Source: Zootoca vivipara
Taxonomy: Eukaryota
Direction: 5' to 3'
Length of the DNA stretch: 64,000 bases
Assembly (NCBI RefSeq): GCF_963506605.1
Contig: NC_083278.1
Location: 75,268,001-75,332,000 of the forward strand
Position numbers and translations under genes: made by a program. Below the pieces are notes generated by a model. That model was not told where the DNA came from, searched no databases, and saw only the letters and a program-made list of their open reading frames with translations. Positions 1 to 14,495 of the stretch are shown here, one piece after another. The stretch's first letter is position 1. Every line of letters begins with the position of its first letter.

Positions 1-2730
1 CAGTAGTGTCCCTGACCTTCAGTGAAGTCTCCCACATTCCCTCCTCTGAATGCCTCTGCGATTTCTTTCTACATCTCAAAACCACGCTCAACATTTTGGC
101 CAGTGGGTAATAGTTCCCAGTACAGTTTGGCCAGTGGGTAATAGTTCCCAGTACTTTTTTTGGCCTGGCGTTTTGGCACCCAAGTGTGATTCTGTGGAAT
201 ATTTTTTTCCCTTTTAAGTTTTCTATTTTATCAGACTTTGTGACGTTTTTTTGGACATTCAAGGCAGTGCCATTCCCAATCAGCCCTTCTCTCTGTATAT
301 TATCATTCCCACAAGAGATTTCTCTGTTGATTTGTAGGGGCAAACTGCTGCCAGCAATGTAGCAGCCTGTGTGGGGGACCTGTAGTGGATGCCAATTTGC
401 TACTGAGCCAAGCTCGAGGAATTGGTTACTTGAGAGGCAAACTTTACCCTTCTATATCCAGTAGGAGAGCCCCTAGACTACCAGAAATCTGCTCCACACT
501 AACTCTGAGCAGGGACTTCATTGTGGCTGTTTGGTGAAACTGCATCCCTGTTAAGATAGGACTTGTGCTCACCATTTGTACTTTCCAGGAACAATTGAAG
601 ACCTTGTTTCTGCAAGCTTTCTCAGCTGCGTTTGGTGGTATTTTGCATTGTTTTTAAACCTATTTTTCATTTTCTCTTATTTCTTTAAAGCTATTTGTAA
701 TTGTTTTTATGTAAGTTGCCTTGAGGCTGGTATGGAAAGTGATTCATAAATTAATAAAATAATGATGTTTATGTTTTTGAACCCTAATTTTTTATTCATT
801 TGTTTTGTAGACCTTCCTTGCTTCACCAATTAAACAAACATGGTAGCTAATTCCCTATATTTATGTATTTATACTGTTTCTTCAATCACTTAAAAATATT
901 ACTGGTGGGGAGGATGAATCCCAGTAGGCTAGAATTCAGTAAATGCCCATACCATTGTGATACATTTTATGTACTTTAAAAAGTTTATTATAGCTACTAC
1001 TGACTGGAGAAGAACTACACAGCATATAGGTGAGAAGATTTACGGTATATTCCCTGGTGACTAGAGGCATCTGTGTTTGTAAACTCTCTAATCCTGTATG
1101 ATAATACTGCATCTAATTTTCAAATCTTCAGGAACTGACAGGGAAGATTTATTGTTGGTGTACATGTTTGTTTGTGTAAGAAAGCTTTTAACTTTTTGGT
1201 TTACAAGTTTAAGTGCATGTAGTCTAGAGGTGACTTCTTTTAAGTGGAGCAATGATGGGAGATTGAGGTTAAAAACAAGTCCATTTCAGGCATTGGATCT
1301 ACTTGTATTCAAATAATATGGGGAGCAGGAGCCATGCTGTCTTTCTGGAACGATAGGGCAGTATGGGTGCAGCCTCCAATTACAAATTCAGTGAAGATCA
1401 GCTGAGGGTCCTTTGCCAGGAAGCATCCAATCCACCAGCATCTTGGCTGGAAGGGAAAGAAAAATCAGCTGCTTCAGGAGTGTATTCCTTCCTCAAACTC
1501 CAGAGCCTTGGAACTACCAGGGAGGACAACAATTAAGGGTTTCAAAGTTCATTGTAGGAAGAAACTTAAATGTTGATGATACTGAAATAGGCTGTAATTA
1601 AAGGGAATGAAAGGGAAAATAAGAACCATCTTAAGTATAGCATTCATTTGCACTTTTCTATAAATAGCTGTTTGTTTACAGGCAAATAACTGATTTCTTT
1701 GAGGTCAGTGTTGTTCTTTAATGATCTACTTCCACGTTCACAGAAGTGGTGGTTAACGTTTCAGTGAAACACTTGCAGCAGCCGTTGTTCAGCTGGTGTG
1801 TTTAACATTTAATAAGTTTGCAATTGCTTTGATCAGGACCTACTTTATGATTTATGGTAGATCTTATTGAAAGGAAGCCAACATTACAGTTCTTGTTAAG
1901 GATATGAACTTCATGATATTCTGGTGGATTAAAGGTATTCAACAGTGCAGTTTTATGCATGTTTGTTTACAAGTAAGTTCCCTGATGTTCAAAGCCACTT
2001 ACCTCCTAGTCAAGTGCATTGGATTGCAGATAATGGATGGCTTTCAAACAGAATTTTAGTATGGAATCACCATGCCTCATTTGCTCATATGTTACAAATG
2101 TTCCACATGATGCCACCCATTTGTAATCCTCTTGTGTTTTCTTAGTACTGCTTCCCTCATTTTTCTTACCACAGCAAGTCCAACTTTTCTGAGGTCAGAG
2201 TTGCATAATCTCCATATGCATAGAAAGTCTTAGCGCTAGTCTTCTGCCTTTTTTAGGAGGCATTGTTTGGTAGGACAACCTATTACAGATCAGTACACAT
2301 TTACAGTGAGCACCATTTTATAACCATATTTTTTTTAATTTAAAAACCCCTAAATTTCTTTGTGGTTGACTTTTAGAAAAATAGTGCTATCATGTAATTT
2401 TTTAAAAAAATATTAGGTATTTCAAAACAGGTACTTTTTGTGGGGCAAGTGGTCCTTGTGCATGCAAACTTTTTGCAGCATTTACATGACATGGCTGGCC
2501 TCAAAATGCCAGGCTGCATTCCTTCCCATTCCCATTTAATCTAGATTTACCTTTTCCAGGAAAAATCCAGTAAGTAAAAACCCACTGCAACTGTTTGTAA
2601 TATTTGTCTGAAAACACCCAAACAAACAAAAATCCCCTTCTCAGTTGCCAAGTTTAACAATAAATTATTGTTCCATGAGGCATCCCAAAGTGATTTACAA
2701 CATACAGGCATGATGCAGAGTTGCATATAT

Positions 2731-3000
2731 GTTGTTGGCATCCATCTGTCTTGAGAGACAATGGAAGAGTAATGTCAAACCACTGGAGAGTTACAGCACC
2801 TGCTGTGGCTGTAGAGACCAATACGGGAGAGACATGTTTTATTGCAGCTGGGGCAGATGAAGGCATCCAGTTTTGCTACTACATATGCACCATAGTGGGT
2901 TCTCTCTCTCTCTCTCTCTGCTCCTCCCAGTGGTCATTTCTTCTTTGGTCACTGCTGTGGATACACACCTTGACCGTTTCCAGGCACTGTAGTTGTTGCG
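2731..3000 (-). mobile_element. RTE-clade LINE 3' end
   Basis: Minus strand encodes FICPSCNKTCLSRIGLYSHSR, an RTE-type C-terminal zinc finger, and ends ...GAGACAGATGGATGCCAACAAC-like. Confidence 0.75.
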
Positions 3001-3129
3001 TCCCATGAGGAAACCTGAAATGATTTACAACATACATGCATGATACAGAGTTGTATATATTAGAACAGTTTAAAACAACAACAGTACATACATAAAATCT
3101 GCTGATATCATAATGCCATTATACAAATA

Positions 3130-3500
3130 TATGACCAAATTTGGAATGCTGTGTTCAATTCTGGTTGTCTCACCTCAAAATTGATATTGTAGAGTTGGGA
3201 AAGGTTCAGTATATGTCAACCAAAATGATCAATAGAACAACTTCCCTATGAAGAAAGATTACAGCATTTGGGGCTTTTTACTTTAGAGAAAAGGGAAGTA
3301 AGAGGTGAAAAGGGAAGTAAGAGGTGACATGTTAGAAGTTCATAGAATTATGCATTGCATGGAGAAGATAACACTAGAAGAAGTGGGCAGCCAATGAAGT
3401 TGGATGTTGGCAGGTAAAAACACTTGTTCACACAACACATACATAGTTCAACTATGGAACTCAATCCCAATGGTGTGACGGCAACCAACTTGGATGACTG
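3130..3500 (+). mobile_element. CR1 LINE ORF2 3' fragment, degenerate
   Basis: TTGGAATGCTGTGTTCAATTCTGG...CTCAAAA resembles the LEYCVQFWSP-like CR1 motif; similar to 62340-62714. Confidence 0.7.
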
Positions 3501-4933
3501 AGCTGGATAGGTCAGTTGGTAGAGCATGAGATTCTTAACCCCAGGGTTGCTCAGAATTTTTTATTCCTAATCCTGCTCAGATGCTGTATGCCCACTTGTG
3601 TGGATGGAAAATTGTATGATGAACATCTAGGGAAAGTCAATTGCAAATTTACAAAGTACTGAGATAAGCAATAGAGAACAGATTGGCAGGTGGGTCTGTT
3701 ATGCCTTCTTCTCTGGGAGATGGGAATGCTTAGCAGAGTTTGATCACCTATGTCCTTCACTACAACTTAGTGAATCTCCCCCCATTTTTTTGTCAGCTAA
3801 AGCTGACTTCCATGTTTTCTGTATAGTATTTTAACATATTTGCAACCCTGCAAATATTTTCCCACACCTCTCAGTGTATTTTCTCATCACTTTCCTTATT
3901 GCAAAAAGTCTAATCTTTTGTTGTAGTGAGTTTCTTGCTCCAGAGCTCCAAACCAGCTTTAATTGTGCAACCTGAATTTGCCAGTACTGTATATGATTGA
4001 ATCCCACTCAGAAATAGTGACAGTCTGTAAGTGCCCTTGGGCACAGTGGAACAAACAAATCACAAATCTTTCTACTTTTGATGTCTCTCGTTAAGAGACC
4101 TTGCTTGCTGCTCCCAGAAAATGCATTTGTTTTCAGTCAAAAGCTGGCTTTTCATAGGGTTGTTATATAGATACTTTATAATAAGCTGTGTTTATCAATG
4201 TGTTTCATATGCACTAGTAAAGTGGAATAGGCTACAGTTACCTTAATCATGTGTTTTAGCAAGAATTCACTGATTTAGTCTAAAACAATATTATCTACAG
4301 TCTATTTTAAAACTATATTGCAGTATTATGTGTAACTTACATAGTGTTAAGAAAATGAATGGCCATTTAGTACATCTAAAGGCCATTTAGTACATCTATT
4401 ATATCTCCCTAGTAGGCAAGGAGGACTATTAGGTAACTTTGTATGTACATATTTCAGGGCCAAAATAGTTAACATCCCCCCCCTCTCCACTGTAGGAGGA
4501 GGGCATGTCCATTTTTGATTGTCACACCAGTGCTAGAGGACAGGCTGTTTGACGTGTTTCTCCATGTCATTTCTCTGATAGAAATATTCTACTCAAAAAC
4601 AATTAGCCCTGCTGGGGTAAATGATTGCTCACTTGCTGTCTCTCTCCAGGACTAAGAGCATTTCTCTGTGTTTGTGTTTCTGAGGGGATTTCTCTGAGTA
4701 AATAGTGGAGTACTTGATAGCTACCAAAAGTGGACTCATTGATTTGCTGCTTCCAAATGTGTGCATGTGTCTAAAGATCCAAGTATGGATCTCTCACATC
4801 TGTTTGGTTTTTCACTTTGGTATCTCCAATTGACTGAACTTTTTGTTGCAAATGTCAAGTGACCACCTACCACTTGCTAGAACTTCATGAGCTCAATAAT
4901 AAAATCCTATCTTGAAAGCTGGCTGGGCTACTC

Positions 4934-4964
<31 letters not shown>

Positions 4965-7106
4965 GGGGGGTTACTGCTTCTAAAAGACAAAATGATTGGC
5001 ATACAGCAGACCTTTACAGCATATGATCCAACATGTTGCACACAGCGTACCAGTCTTATGCCGTGCCAAGCACTTGACTCTGGTAGGAAAAACAGAATGT
5101 CTACTGTGGTCTCTAGTACCTTGCTGGTGGAATGTTTTTGGCTTGGTGAATTACAAATTGTGCACCACACCATTTAAACATACAAAATTTTCAGTTATGA
5201 GATGCCTGCAACATTTATGCTTCCCTATCCTTTTTTTTTAATCCCATCAGCTCCAGCTAGCATGGCCATTGGTCAGGGTTGATAAAAATTGGCCTACAAC
5301 ATCTGGAGTGCCACAGGTTCCCCACTTCTTCTCTGCATTGACTGGTGGCAGCTCTCCAGCATTTCAGAAAAGGCAAAGTGCAAACAATGTGAAGCAAAGT
5401 CTTAGGGTCAAGCATATTCAGACTAGAAACAACGAACGGAATGATTGAGTGAATGAATGTATGAATATATATAATGAATATGTTACAAAGTCACATTTTT
5501 TCTGCGTTAAGGCCACTTCAGAGCTTAGGAAGGAGCAAAACAGAAAGAAAGCTTTCTCCATTTTGGTCAGTTGTGTGTATCTTATATTTATTGAGTAGAA
5601 TCGTATTTTGCTTTTCAGACTGCAGTTCTCAAAGTGGCTTGCAGGATAACAAACAACAGATGCTCTAAGAACCATGCACTTAAAACACACACACAAAACA
5701 GGTCCTGTAGAGCAGGAGCACTCACAGGGCAGTTGGTGTTAGGTGGCCCTGTGGTGGAAGAATATGTCGTCCAGCTTGAACAGGGAGGTGCCTGGTGCCG
5801 TCTTCATCCTCCACTGTATTAAGAGTAACACGTGTTTTCTAATTGTGCTACAACATTGCATAACAAACAGTGTGGGTGACTGAAATATTGAAATTGAAAT
5901 GTATGTACGGTGAATGTTTATGAAAACACACTTGAGAGTTTTATCTTCGAGTTTTCCTATCTGAGGTGGGAAGACAACATTTGCTTCCTTTTAAGGAGTC
6001 TAATTACATGTAGGACACACAGGCATGTAACAAAGCCTCAACAACTTCTGCTGTGCTGTTGATGATGTTCTAGAAAAGTAATCACAATTTTGGGACACAG
6101 TGATATTTGGAGAAATTGGGGGGGGGGGCTGTAGGGAAAGGATTAAGCATCCCTCTCCCTGCTATTGTTTTGCTCTAAAAAGGTAGTCTCCTCAGGGTGC
6201 TTTTCACAAATGGAGAATGTTAGGGTTTCATCATATATATTTGTGTGTCAGGTTTGCTCCTTAAATTTTACAGAATGCATCTTACCATCTTTGTTTTAAA
6301 GCTTATTTAATTTGCCTCTGAATAAAATAAAGCACAAACCTCAACTATTCCCTCCCCGCCTCAAGATTTGCACTTGTAGATTTCATTCGCAGAAGGTACC
6401 TATTGATAATGAAGTCTCAGTGTGATCAAAGCATCGTAAATAGAGGAAATATAGTTGAGCTATTTATTCAGCTGACTTCCATGGATTGAAGAGATGGGCT
6501 TTTGCCATGCGAAGCTAGATAATACAGAATTAAATGTCACTTTTCATTATGGAAGTAAGAAACAAAAGTGGAAAACATGCACATACTGTACAAATTATGT
6601 GTGATATAAAGTGTAAATTTCTCCATCCTCTCCCCCCTCCCCCGTTACTCAGCAGTGGCACAGTTTACATTGCATTCTAAAATATTGGACAATACAGGCC
6701 TACTTTGAGAACTTAAGAACTATGCTGGATCAGACCAAAGGCACATCTAGTTCAGCATCCTGCCCCACAGTGGCCAGCCTGGTGCTCATGGGCAGCCTGC
6801 AAGCCTGCTATGAGCACAATGGCATTCTCCCCACAATTGATACCCAATGGAGGCAGTACTTACTCCTACTGAGCAACACCACAAAGAAGCAGCAGTCAGA
6901 TCTTAACACAAGTACATGTACCATACGAGCAAAAATTACCATTTTATAAGGCAACCAGCCGGATAGGATTATGGCTGGACATTCATAAATGTCAGGATTC
7001 AAGCCCACAGTTCGTCTAGAAGAGAATCTGGGACCTCAAATGTGTCAGATGGGGATTCATTGTCTGCATCACAAAGCAGCTTTAGCCGAGGAAGGAGGCT
7101 GTCAGG

Positions 7107-7357
7107 CAGGGGTCAGCAAACTTTTTCAGCAGGGGGCTGGTCCACTGTCCCTCAGACCTTGTGGGGGACCGGACTATATTTTTTTGGGAAAAAATGAATG
7201 AATTCCTATGCCCCACAAATAACCCAGAGATGCATTTTAAATAAAAGGACACATTCTACTCATGTAAAAACATGCTGATTCACGGACTGTCCACGGGCCG
7301 GATTTAGAAGGCGATTGGGCTGCATCCGGCCCCTGGGCCTTAGTTTGGGGACCCCTG
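7107..7357 (+). mobile_element. hAT MITE family A
   Basis: TIR CAGGGGTC..CAAACT; near-identical inverted copy at 30438-30672. Confidence 0.88.
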
Positions 7358-7590
7358 CTGTAGGGGGTCTGGTCTCAGCAGAACAATAGGTCAGTGTAGG
7401 CCATGCAATACTTTCTCTGCTCTAGCCAGGCTTGTGCAGTTGTCAGGGTGACAGAGAGGCAGTGTTACAGTAATTTTACCTACTTTTGATAGTAGCAGTT
7501 CACATTTCAATAAATGAGTACCCACTGAGCATGCTTATCTTTTTTGGGCTGTTTTGGAGTTTCCCCCACAGATTTTGCCCCCTCAATATT

Positions 7591-7591
<1 letters not shown>

Positions 7592-7641
<50 letters not shown>
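7592..7641. repeat. (GT)n microsatellite; others at ~25013-25050, 35137-35164, 38108-38137, 43018-43071 and (CA)n at 58907-58948
   Basis: Direct inspection. Confidence 0.95.
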
Positions 7642-7645
<4 letters not shown>

Positions 7646-7734
7646 ACTGACTCCATCTACAAAAGCAGAAGCTTCTGCTGAAGGGGTCAGAGTTGCTGGA
7701 AACTGCAGGAGGAAAGAGATCAAAGCTCATCAAC

Positions 7735-7945
7735 GTTCATGGAGGATAAGGCTATCAGTGGCTACTAGCTATGGTGACATGCTCTGTCTCCACGGTCGGA
7801 GGCAGTAATGTTTCTGAACGCAGGTTGCTGGAAACTGCTTAGGTCTTGCTTGCGGGTTTCCCACAGACATATGGTTTGCTACTGTGAGAACAGGATGCTG
7901 GACTAGATGGGCCATTGGTCTGATCCAGCAGGCTCTTCTTAGGTT
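7735..7945 (+). mobile_element. CR1-type 3' tail repeat; related copies at ~6710-6860, 12010-12240 and 19050-19640 (minus strand)
   Basis: Shared motif GATGCTGGACTAGATGGGCC-TTGGTCTGATCCAGCA, seen in several copies. Confidence 0.65.
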
Positions 7946-10900
7946 CTGAAAAGACTTGCTTATGCGAAAGTGTTTCAAGCAGCCACTGAAAAGATTACAA
8001 TGAAGGCACCTGCCTGATTTCAACAGGCAGGGAGTTCCAAAAAGTGTAGGCACTGCCACACAAAAGACTTGATTTCTTACAAGTGCAGAACGAGCATCAT
8101 GTGGCTTCTCCAGCAGTGCCAGTTCCACAGATTGAAATGTTTAAGTGGGCACATATGAGGAAGGCAATCTTGTAAGTAAATGGTTTAAAGGTGTTAATTA
8201 AGTAAACTGGTTCCAAGCTGTTTAGTATGCATGTTAGAGTCTGGTTTTCGGTATTGCCCAAGATGTGTGCTACCAGTACAAAAACCAACAGGTCCATGAA
8301 ATCCTTAAACTGAAAAGGCTGGGTGAGGAAAGCTTTGTTGGGTGGGGTGTAGTTTTGTCCAGGTTCTATAGACTAAGTCCAGAAGAACTGAGAGTAATTA
8401 ATAATATGCTTGAACCTATAATTATCAGAATGGAAACACTGCATTACATTATACACTTTTGGGCTGAGATGCAGAACAGCCAGTAGTATGGATGTTTTCT
8501 GGGCTCCCTCCCTTATGCTTTAGCAATTCTCAGTGTTAAGCTGGCAGACTGAATTAATTTGGTTTCGAGTTGGTGTCAAAAAAAAGCAAGATGAGAAAGT
8601 GAGAGCGGCTGTGACAATAATGTTTTTTTTATTTTTTTGGCGGGGGGCAGGCACTTCTTTCACCCATTGAGGGGCTTTTTAGCATTGTGTTTGAATGTGG
8701 CCTGTATGTTACTACTTAAATTTATGAAAAAACACATTTATAGAAATTAAAACCATTTTATGGAAAAATGTTCTATCCAGAATGCTGAATATGTATTATT
8801 ATGAACTGTAAACTGCAAAGAGAAGTACAAACATGGGTTATTACTCTGAGATTTATATTTCTCTTAGTGCTCCTGAGCACTCCCACTACTGGTTTTTTAA
8901 AGATAGGTTCACATGAAATTACTCCTCTTTGATGAGCTTTTCTCAAACCAGCTTGTGATTTGCAATCAGAAGCCATGGTTCTTTTGTAGCAGAAGTAGTT
9001 CAGGCAGCTTTTGTGTAGAAGCTGCTGGTGGTTTGTATTATTATTATTATTATTATTAATCCAAGGATCATGGGGTGGTTTACAATATAAAAGCACGAAA
9101 ATACATGCCATAGTAACAAACAAAACCAATACCGCTCCCTCTCCGAAGTTTAAAAGGCTATAGATTTTTTAATTAGCCTAAGACCTGGGAGAAGAGGAAT
9201 GTTTCTGCCTAGTGCCTGAATGTATGTAATGAAGGTGCCAGATGAGCCTCCCTGGGAAGAGCAGGGAGCCACCACAGAAAAGGCCCGTTCTCATGTTTGT
9301 ATGCAGATGACTGCTTCACTGCCTTGGAGATCAGCATGGGGGGGGGGGGGAAATCATTGGGCGAAGACATTGCTGCCCACAACTTTAAATACTTGCTTTC
9401 TCTTTTTCACAACCTAAAAGAGTCAGTTATTAAGTCAGACTGAATTTGATACTATTTGCTTTTTTGGTTTATTATTCCAGGCAGCATCCCTCTAATAAAT
9501 CTTCACTAAGGCCAACATCAGCTGAATTCAGCTGCAATGCAGAAGCAAGCATTAGCTCGTGCAAATTCTGCTGCTTTTCTGTTTTGCAGTAAGGAATCAC
9601 TAGTGAATTAAAGATTTTGAGTTTCTCACGTCCAGACTTTATTCTGTCTGATGGGGTTGAATGAAAACTGGCCTGCAGTGGGATATTGCTTTAGTTACAA
9701 AAATGTGTGTTTACAGGTGTTTTATCCACCTCTCCCCTGGCTTAAAAGAAAACTAGTACTGGGATTTTAAGTTGATATTACGAATAAAGAAATGGGAGAT
9801 AGCCGGTGTATATATGTGTGTGGGGGGGGGGGAGAGCTTCAAATCAAATAAGATCTGTATTTGGCTTTGAGAGCTTGCTTTTATTGAATATTTGATGAAA
9901 CAGACTGCAGATCACTGCAGTACAGTACCAGCTGAATCACTGCTGGCAGTCTTGAGTAGGCTGCCTTTTTTGGGGATTGCAGCAGTTGAAATTCTGGTGA
10001 GATCTAGAGTGGGAGAGGGAAATAAGCATTAAATAGTAAAAGGAATAAAATGACCCCTTTAGAATTCGGCCTCCCCCAGAGCAGCACATGAGAAACCCTG
10101 CTATTTCATTAAATGTCTTAAAGCAGGCTAGGATTTGACTTGGGGTGATGAGCTCAGTACATAATAATGGCTCAAACTAGCATATAACAAAAACTTAGTT
10201 CAATCTACTAGTGAAATGGGAGTAAGCTCTGAAGTATAGCACTATTACGCAAGAGCCCTGCTGCTTGGGATAATTTAATGCTATAACATATTTGACAGCC
10301 ATTATTTTCCTTCCCTCCCCCTTCTCTCTCCAGGACAGGTATGCAGCAATTTAACAGCTGCCTCTCTGTTCCACTCTGTTCCCTCAATATTTGTGATGTG
10401 TGGCCTGGATTTAACAACTGTATCTGGGGTGGAAAATTTAATAACTATGTGGGATGAAAGGAGCTAGGTGGAGAGCTGCACTTCTCAGAGGTTCAAGATT
10501 TTTAATTTGTGGTTTTATTATTCATTGTTGTATTAAATGGATGTATTTTGTGATTTTGCAGTCTTGCTGAACACAGGCAAAGGAAAGCGGCTTTTCCATT
10601 GTACACAATGTTGAGGTTGAATTTGGCTCATTCTAGATGGCTTCATTTTGGGGTTGGTGAATGCTTTCTGTGATTTTAGCACCACATATTTGTGGGGGGT
10701 TGTTTGTGTGAAAGAAGTTGCTTGGGTGAAATAAGGAAGTTGTCGCTTCAGTGGGAAATCCTTGTTGGAGCATTGTTTCTACTAAAATGCATTGTACAAA
10801 ATTCAAATGATACCCATAATTCTGCTCAGATTTCTGTTTTCCTTGTGAGAGTAGTAATAGAAAGAGTGTTGGGAACTGAAAACATGTGTCCTCAAGCTAT

Positions 10901-13536
10901 CTCATTGGTAAATGAGAAAACAAAACAAACTCTTGATCATTCGCAAACCATAGCGAGATCAACAAAATAAAGGTTGCCATTACAAATGAGTGCAGAATAT
11001 TTTATTGTGGCTCCATCTTTGCCAAGTGCTCTTAGTGCTTCAGTTGATGACCTTGGGGCATTGTGCTCTGCTATAATTCATATTTTGCGGTTGTAAAGTG
11101 CAGTATCAATTGTATTTATGGTGTCTGCTACCCAGAAATGTGTATGAAATTAAACCGCTCTCATGTATTTTTGTGTGTTCTTAATTGTACAAAGGCTTGT
11201 ACAGCATCCCTTCTGGAAAAAAACCCTACCCTACATATGTGCCAAACTGTAGCTGTGTTCTAGAAGTCAGGGAGACCAGGGTCCCTGGCTGCCCATACAG
11301 AGCCTACGCTTGTACAATATGCTGCATGCTTAAAGTACCTAGTGGGACCAGCTGGCATGCTCCCATTTTCCCATGCATTGTTTGGTAGTAGGGGAAGGGT
11401 TGTAAGTCAGTGGAAGAGCATATGCTTTGGATGCAAAGATCCTGGTATGGCTGGTAAAATCTCCAACCTGCAACCCTAGAGAAGAACAAGCAATAAGTGT
11501 TGACAGTACTTAGATAGCGGGACAATTTATTTGATCCTGTATTAGGCAGATTCCTGTTCGCATGAATAACAGCATTCCTTCATGGTTCTGTGTTTGGTTT
11601 GCAAATGTGCATTCAGAACCATTGCCCATTAACTGCTTACCTGTTTGGCTTAACACATGTGGGTTTTATCTCTTGCCAAGTATAGTACTTAGTACAGAGT
11701 AGTGGATGAAATTAGAGGCTATAATAGGATGTGTTTCTTGCTTTTGTGCGTGGACCCCGAAGTACCAAACTATCACATACGTTTGAAGCCCACTGTACTA
11801 AACTTTAGTAATGATGATGGAGGGCAGAGAAGTGTGTCTGTAGCCATGTGGGGTAGCACAAAAGGGTTATTTTGCTGGAGATAGGAGGGAGAGCTGTGAG
11901 ATAGGAGGGAGAGTTGTTAAGAGATTCAGGGTTAACTTATAATGAAACATTTTATTATTTAAAATATTTCTTAACCACCTTCATAGGAAGATTCCATACA
12001 TAAGAATAAAACATAAGAAGAAGAAGAAAAAGAGCCCAACTGCATTAGACCAAAGGCCCATCATCTAGCCCAGCATCCTGTTCTCACAAAATCCAACCAG
12101 ATGCCTATGGGAACCCTGCAAGCAGGAAATGAGCAGAACACCACTCTCCCCCTTCATGTTCCCAAGCAACTGGTATTCAGAAGCACACTGCCTCCAACAG
12201 TGGAGGTAGTATGCAACTCTCATGGCTAATAACCTTATCTATGTACAACATTGTGCACAACACTTGTTTTGCAATCTTTGCGATATTGGAATGGGGAAAC
12301 TGCATTGTTCCTGAAACAAAATATTGCACTCTTTGATGCATTAGGATTAAAAGTATCTTATATAAAATGTTGCACTGAGTGCTGGATAAAAACAATACTT
12401 CAATAATAGATGCACTAGGTCGGGTAAAGACTTTTGGCACTCAATCAGCAACTGGGTAATAATTGTGTACTTATTGCACAGGGAAGCAATAGTCTGGAAA
12501 GACTCCCGAGGTAACTTAATAGCTTTGCCATCTTATACCCACTATTATCTAAACAGTGTTTAAAAAGAACAAGAGCTCTTCTGGACAGCTTCCAGGCTGT
12601 CAAATAGAAAAGACATTATCTACATATGCTGTGAAATGTTATCTCAGTTGTTAAGTGAACTTTCCATGACAGTGGTGTGTTAGAAGTCAGAATGACTAAT
12701 GAGAGAGAATCCCGAAGCAACAACAAAAGGTAATAGAATAATCGTCTGTTGAAGGTGCTTTGAATGTCATTCACAAGGAAAAGAAGGTAGCAAGCGTCTG
12801 ATAAAAGGCAAGCTGAATTCTGTATCACCAATCCAAAATATGTCATAGTGGCACAAACGTTTTCTAAAATAGTACTTAATAGCACTCAGTAAATTAAATT
12901 GTTGAAAGTGGTCTTGATTAAAATCTTGTGGGGGACAAGAAAAGATATAGAGAGAAGAGTGTTACTTTGTACCATGTGTTTACACTAACTAGTAGCCTAC
13001 ATAACAGCTGATGCTACTGCATGAAAGATGTTGGGCTACCATAGAAATGATTTTTTAAAAATTTTTTGATTGGTTTCAGGAGAATCATAATCTGCTGTTA
13101 CTACTTACAGTACAGTTTATGATCATCTTAACAGAAGGGTGAGAAATTAAGTGGCACTGTAGGGGTTTTGTATCCTTCCCTTGCAATGACTGTACCACTT
13201 ATTTGGACATCATGATGCCCATAGTCTGTGATCTAGATTAGAGGTGATTCACCATGATCTGTGTTGACCTCGAATCAGTGCACTCAAAAGCTGGAAAAAC
13301 AACAATAACCATTTGATAAAAAATTTAGGTTGCAGTTATATCATGACCTGACACTTGCATATTAATATATCAATTTAAATTCTGACACATGGAAAGAATT
13401 AGGTGGGCTTTTGGTAGTTTTCATAGTGCTAGTTGAGGAGCATGTAACAGCAGACATGCTATAAGTAAAAGAAATAAATTTTGCAATTCCACTTTTTTTT
13501 TAGATTGCTTTATTTTAAGTTAACTAACATTTAGCT

Positions 13537-13790
13537 CGTTGCTCGGTCCCAGCTCCTGCCAACCTAGCAGTTCGAAAGCATGTCAAAGTGAAGGAAGATA
13601 AATAGGTACCACTACAATGGGAAGGTAAACGGTGTTTCCCGTGTGCTGCTCTGGTTTGCCAGAAGCGGCTTTGTCATGCTGGCCACCTGGAAGCTCTACG
13701 CAGGCTCCCTCGACCAATAAAGCGAGGTGAGCGCCGCAACCCCAGAGTCAGTCACGACTGGACCTATTGGTCAGGGGTCCCTTTACCTTT
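13537..13790 (+). mobile_element. Sauria SINE, 5'-truncated
   Basis: Body CCTGCCAACCTAGCAGTTCGAAAGC..., tail GGGGTCCCTTTACCTTT. TSD ACTAACATTTAGCT at 13523-13536 and 13791-13804. Confidence 0.92.
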
Positions 13791-14495
13791 ACTAACATTT
13801 AGCTAAGATGGAGGAGTTGGAGCTTTTGTATTATAGAATGCTTAATTTTTCAGCAGCATTTAGAAAGGAGCTTGTCTCAATAGTTTATGACATTGGGGCA
13901 GATGAAAAGGTGATTACAGACAAATTTTTAATTCTGTCAGGCTTGTTAACTGATTTAAAAAGCATGACAAATAAATGACCTTGCTTTCTTTATTGCATAA
14001 TGACAAGGATAAGGATTAACTTTCACATGTGCATATTTGGGTTTGAAAGTCCTCCTTCGAGGACATGCCATAATATTTATTGCCATAGAACATTTTAGAT
14101 ATCCCATAATCTAAGATTCTTATGAATTATGACTGATAAAATATAAACTGGAAGTTGCTGCCCTGACCCTATTCACATGTAAGTTTTGTAACATGATAAA
14201 CTGCTGAAAAGCTGAACTACACTGTCGGGCTGTGCGATAAATCACCATACCATTGAATACCTGTTTTGAAATAACATTCTGATAAGTGTTTCAACAAGGT
14301 AAGCAAAAGGTGGACACTTAACAGTTTCCCAGGGGGTAGCTCAGCTGACTGGATACTTTACAGATACTTTGCAGATACTGTACTTTGCAGGCATGGTGTC
14401 TCCAGCTTTGTTTTCCCTCCTAACCAATAAGAAATGATGATAAGCCCTCACACAAACCAGCAAACTCTTTCAGCTTCACCAGTATCCTTCCACTT

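Noticed and set aside
3500-3548. tRNA gene
   Set aside because: Truncated, degenerate tRNA-Lys-like SINE head that cannot form a full cloverleaf; the same applies to 52156-52220.
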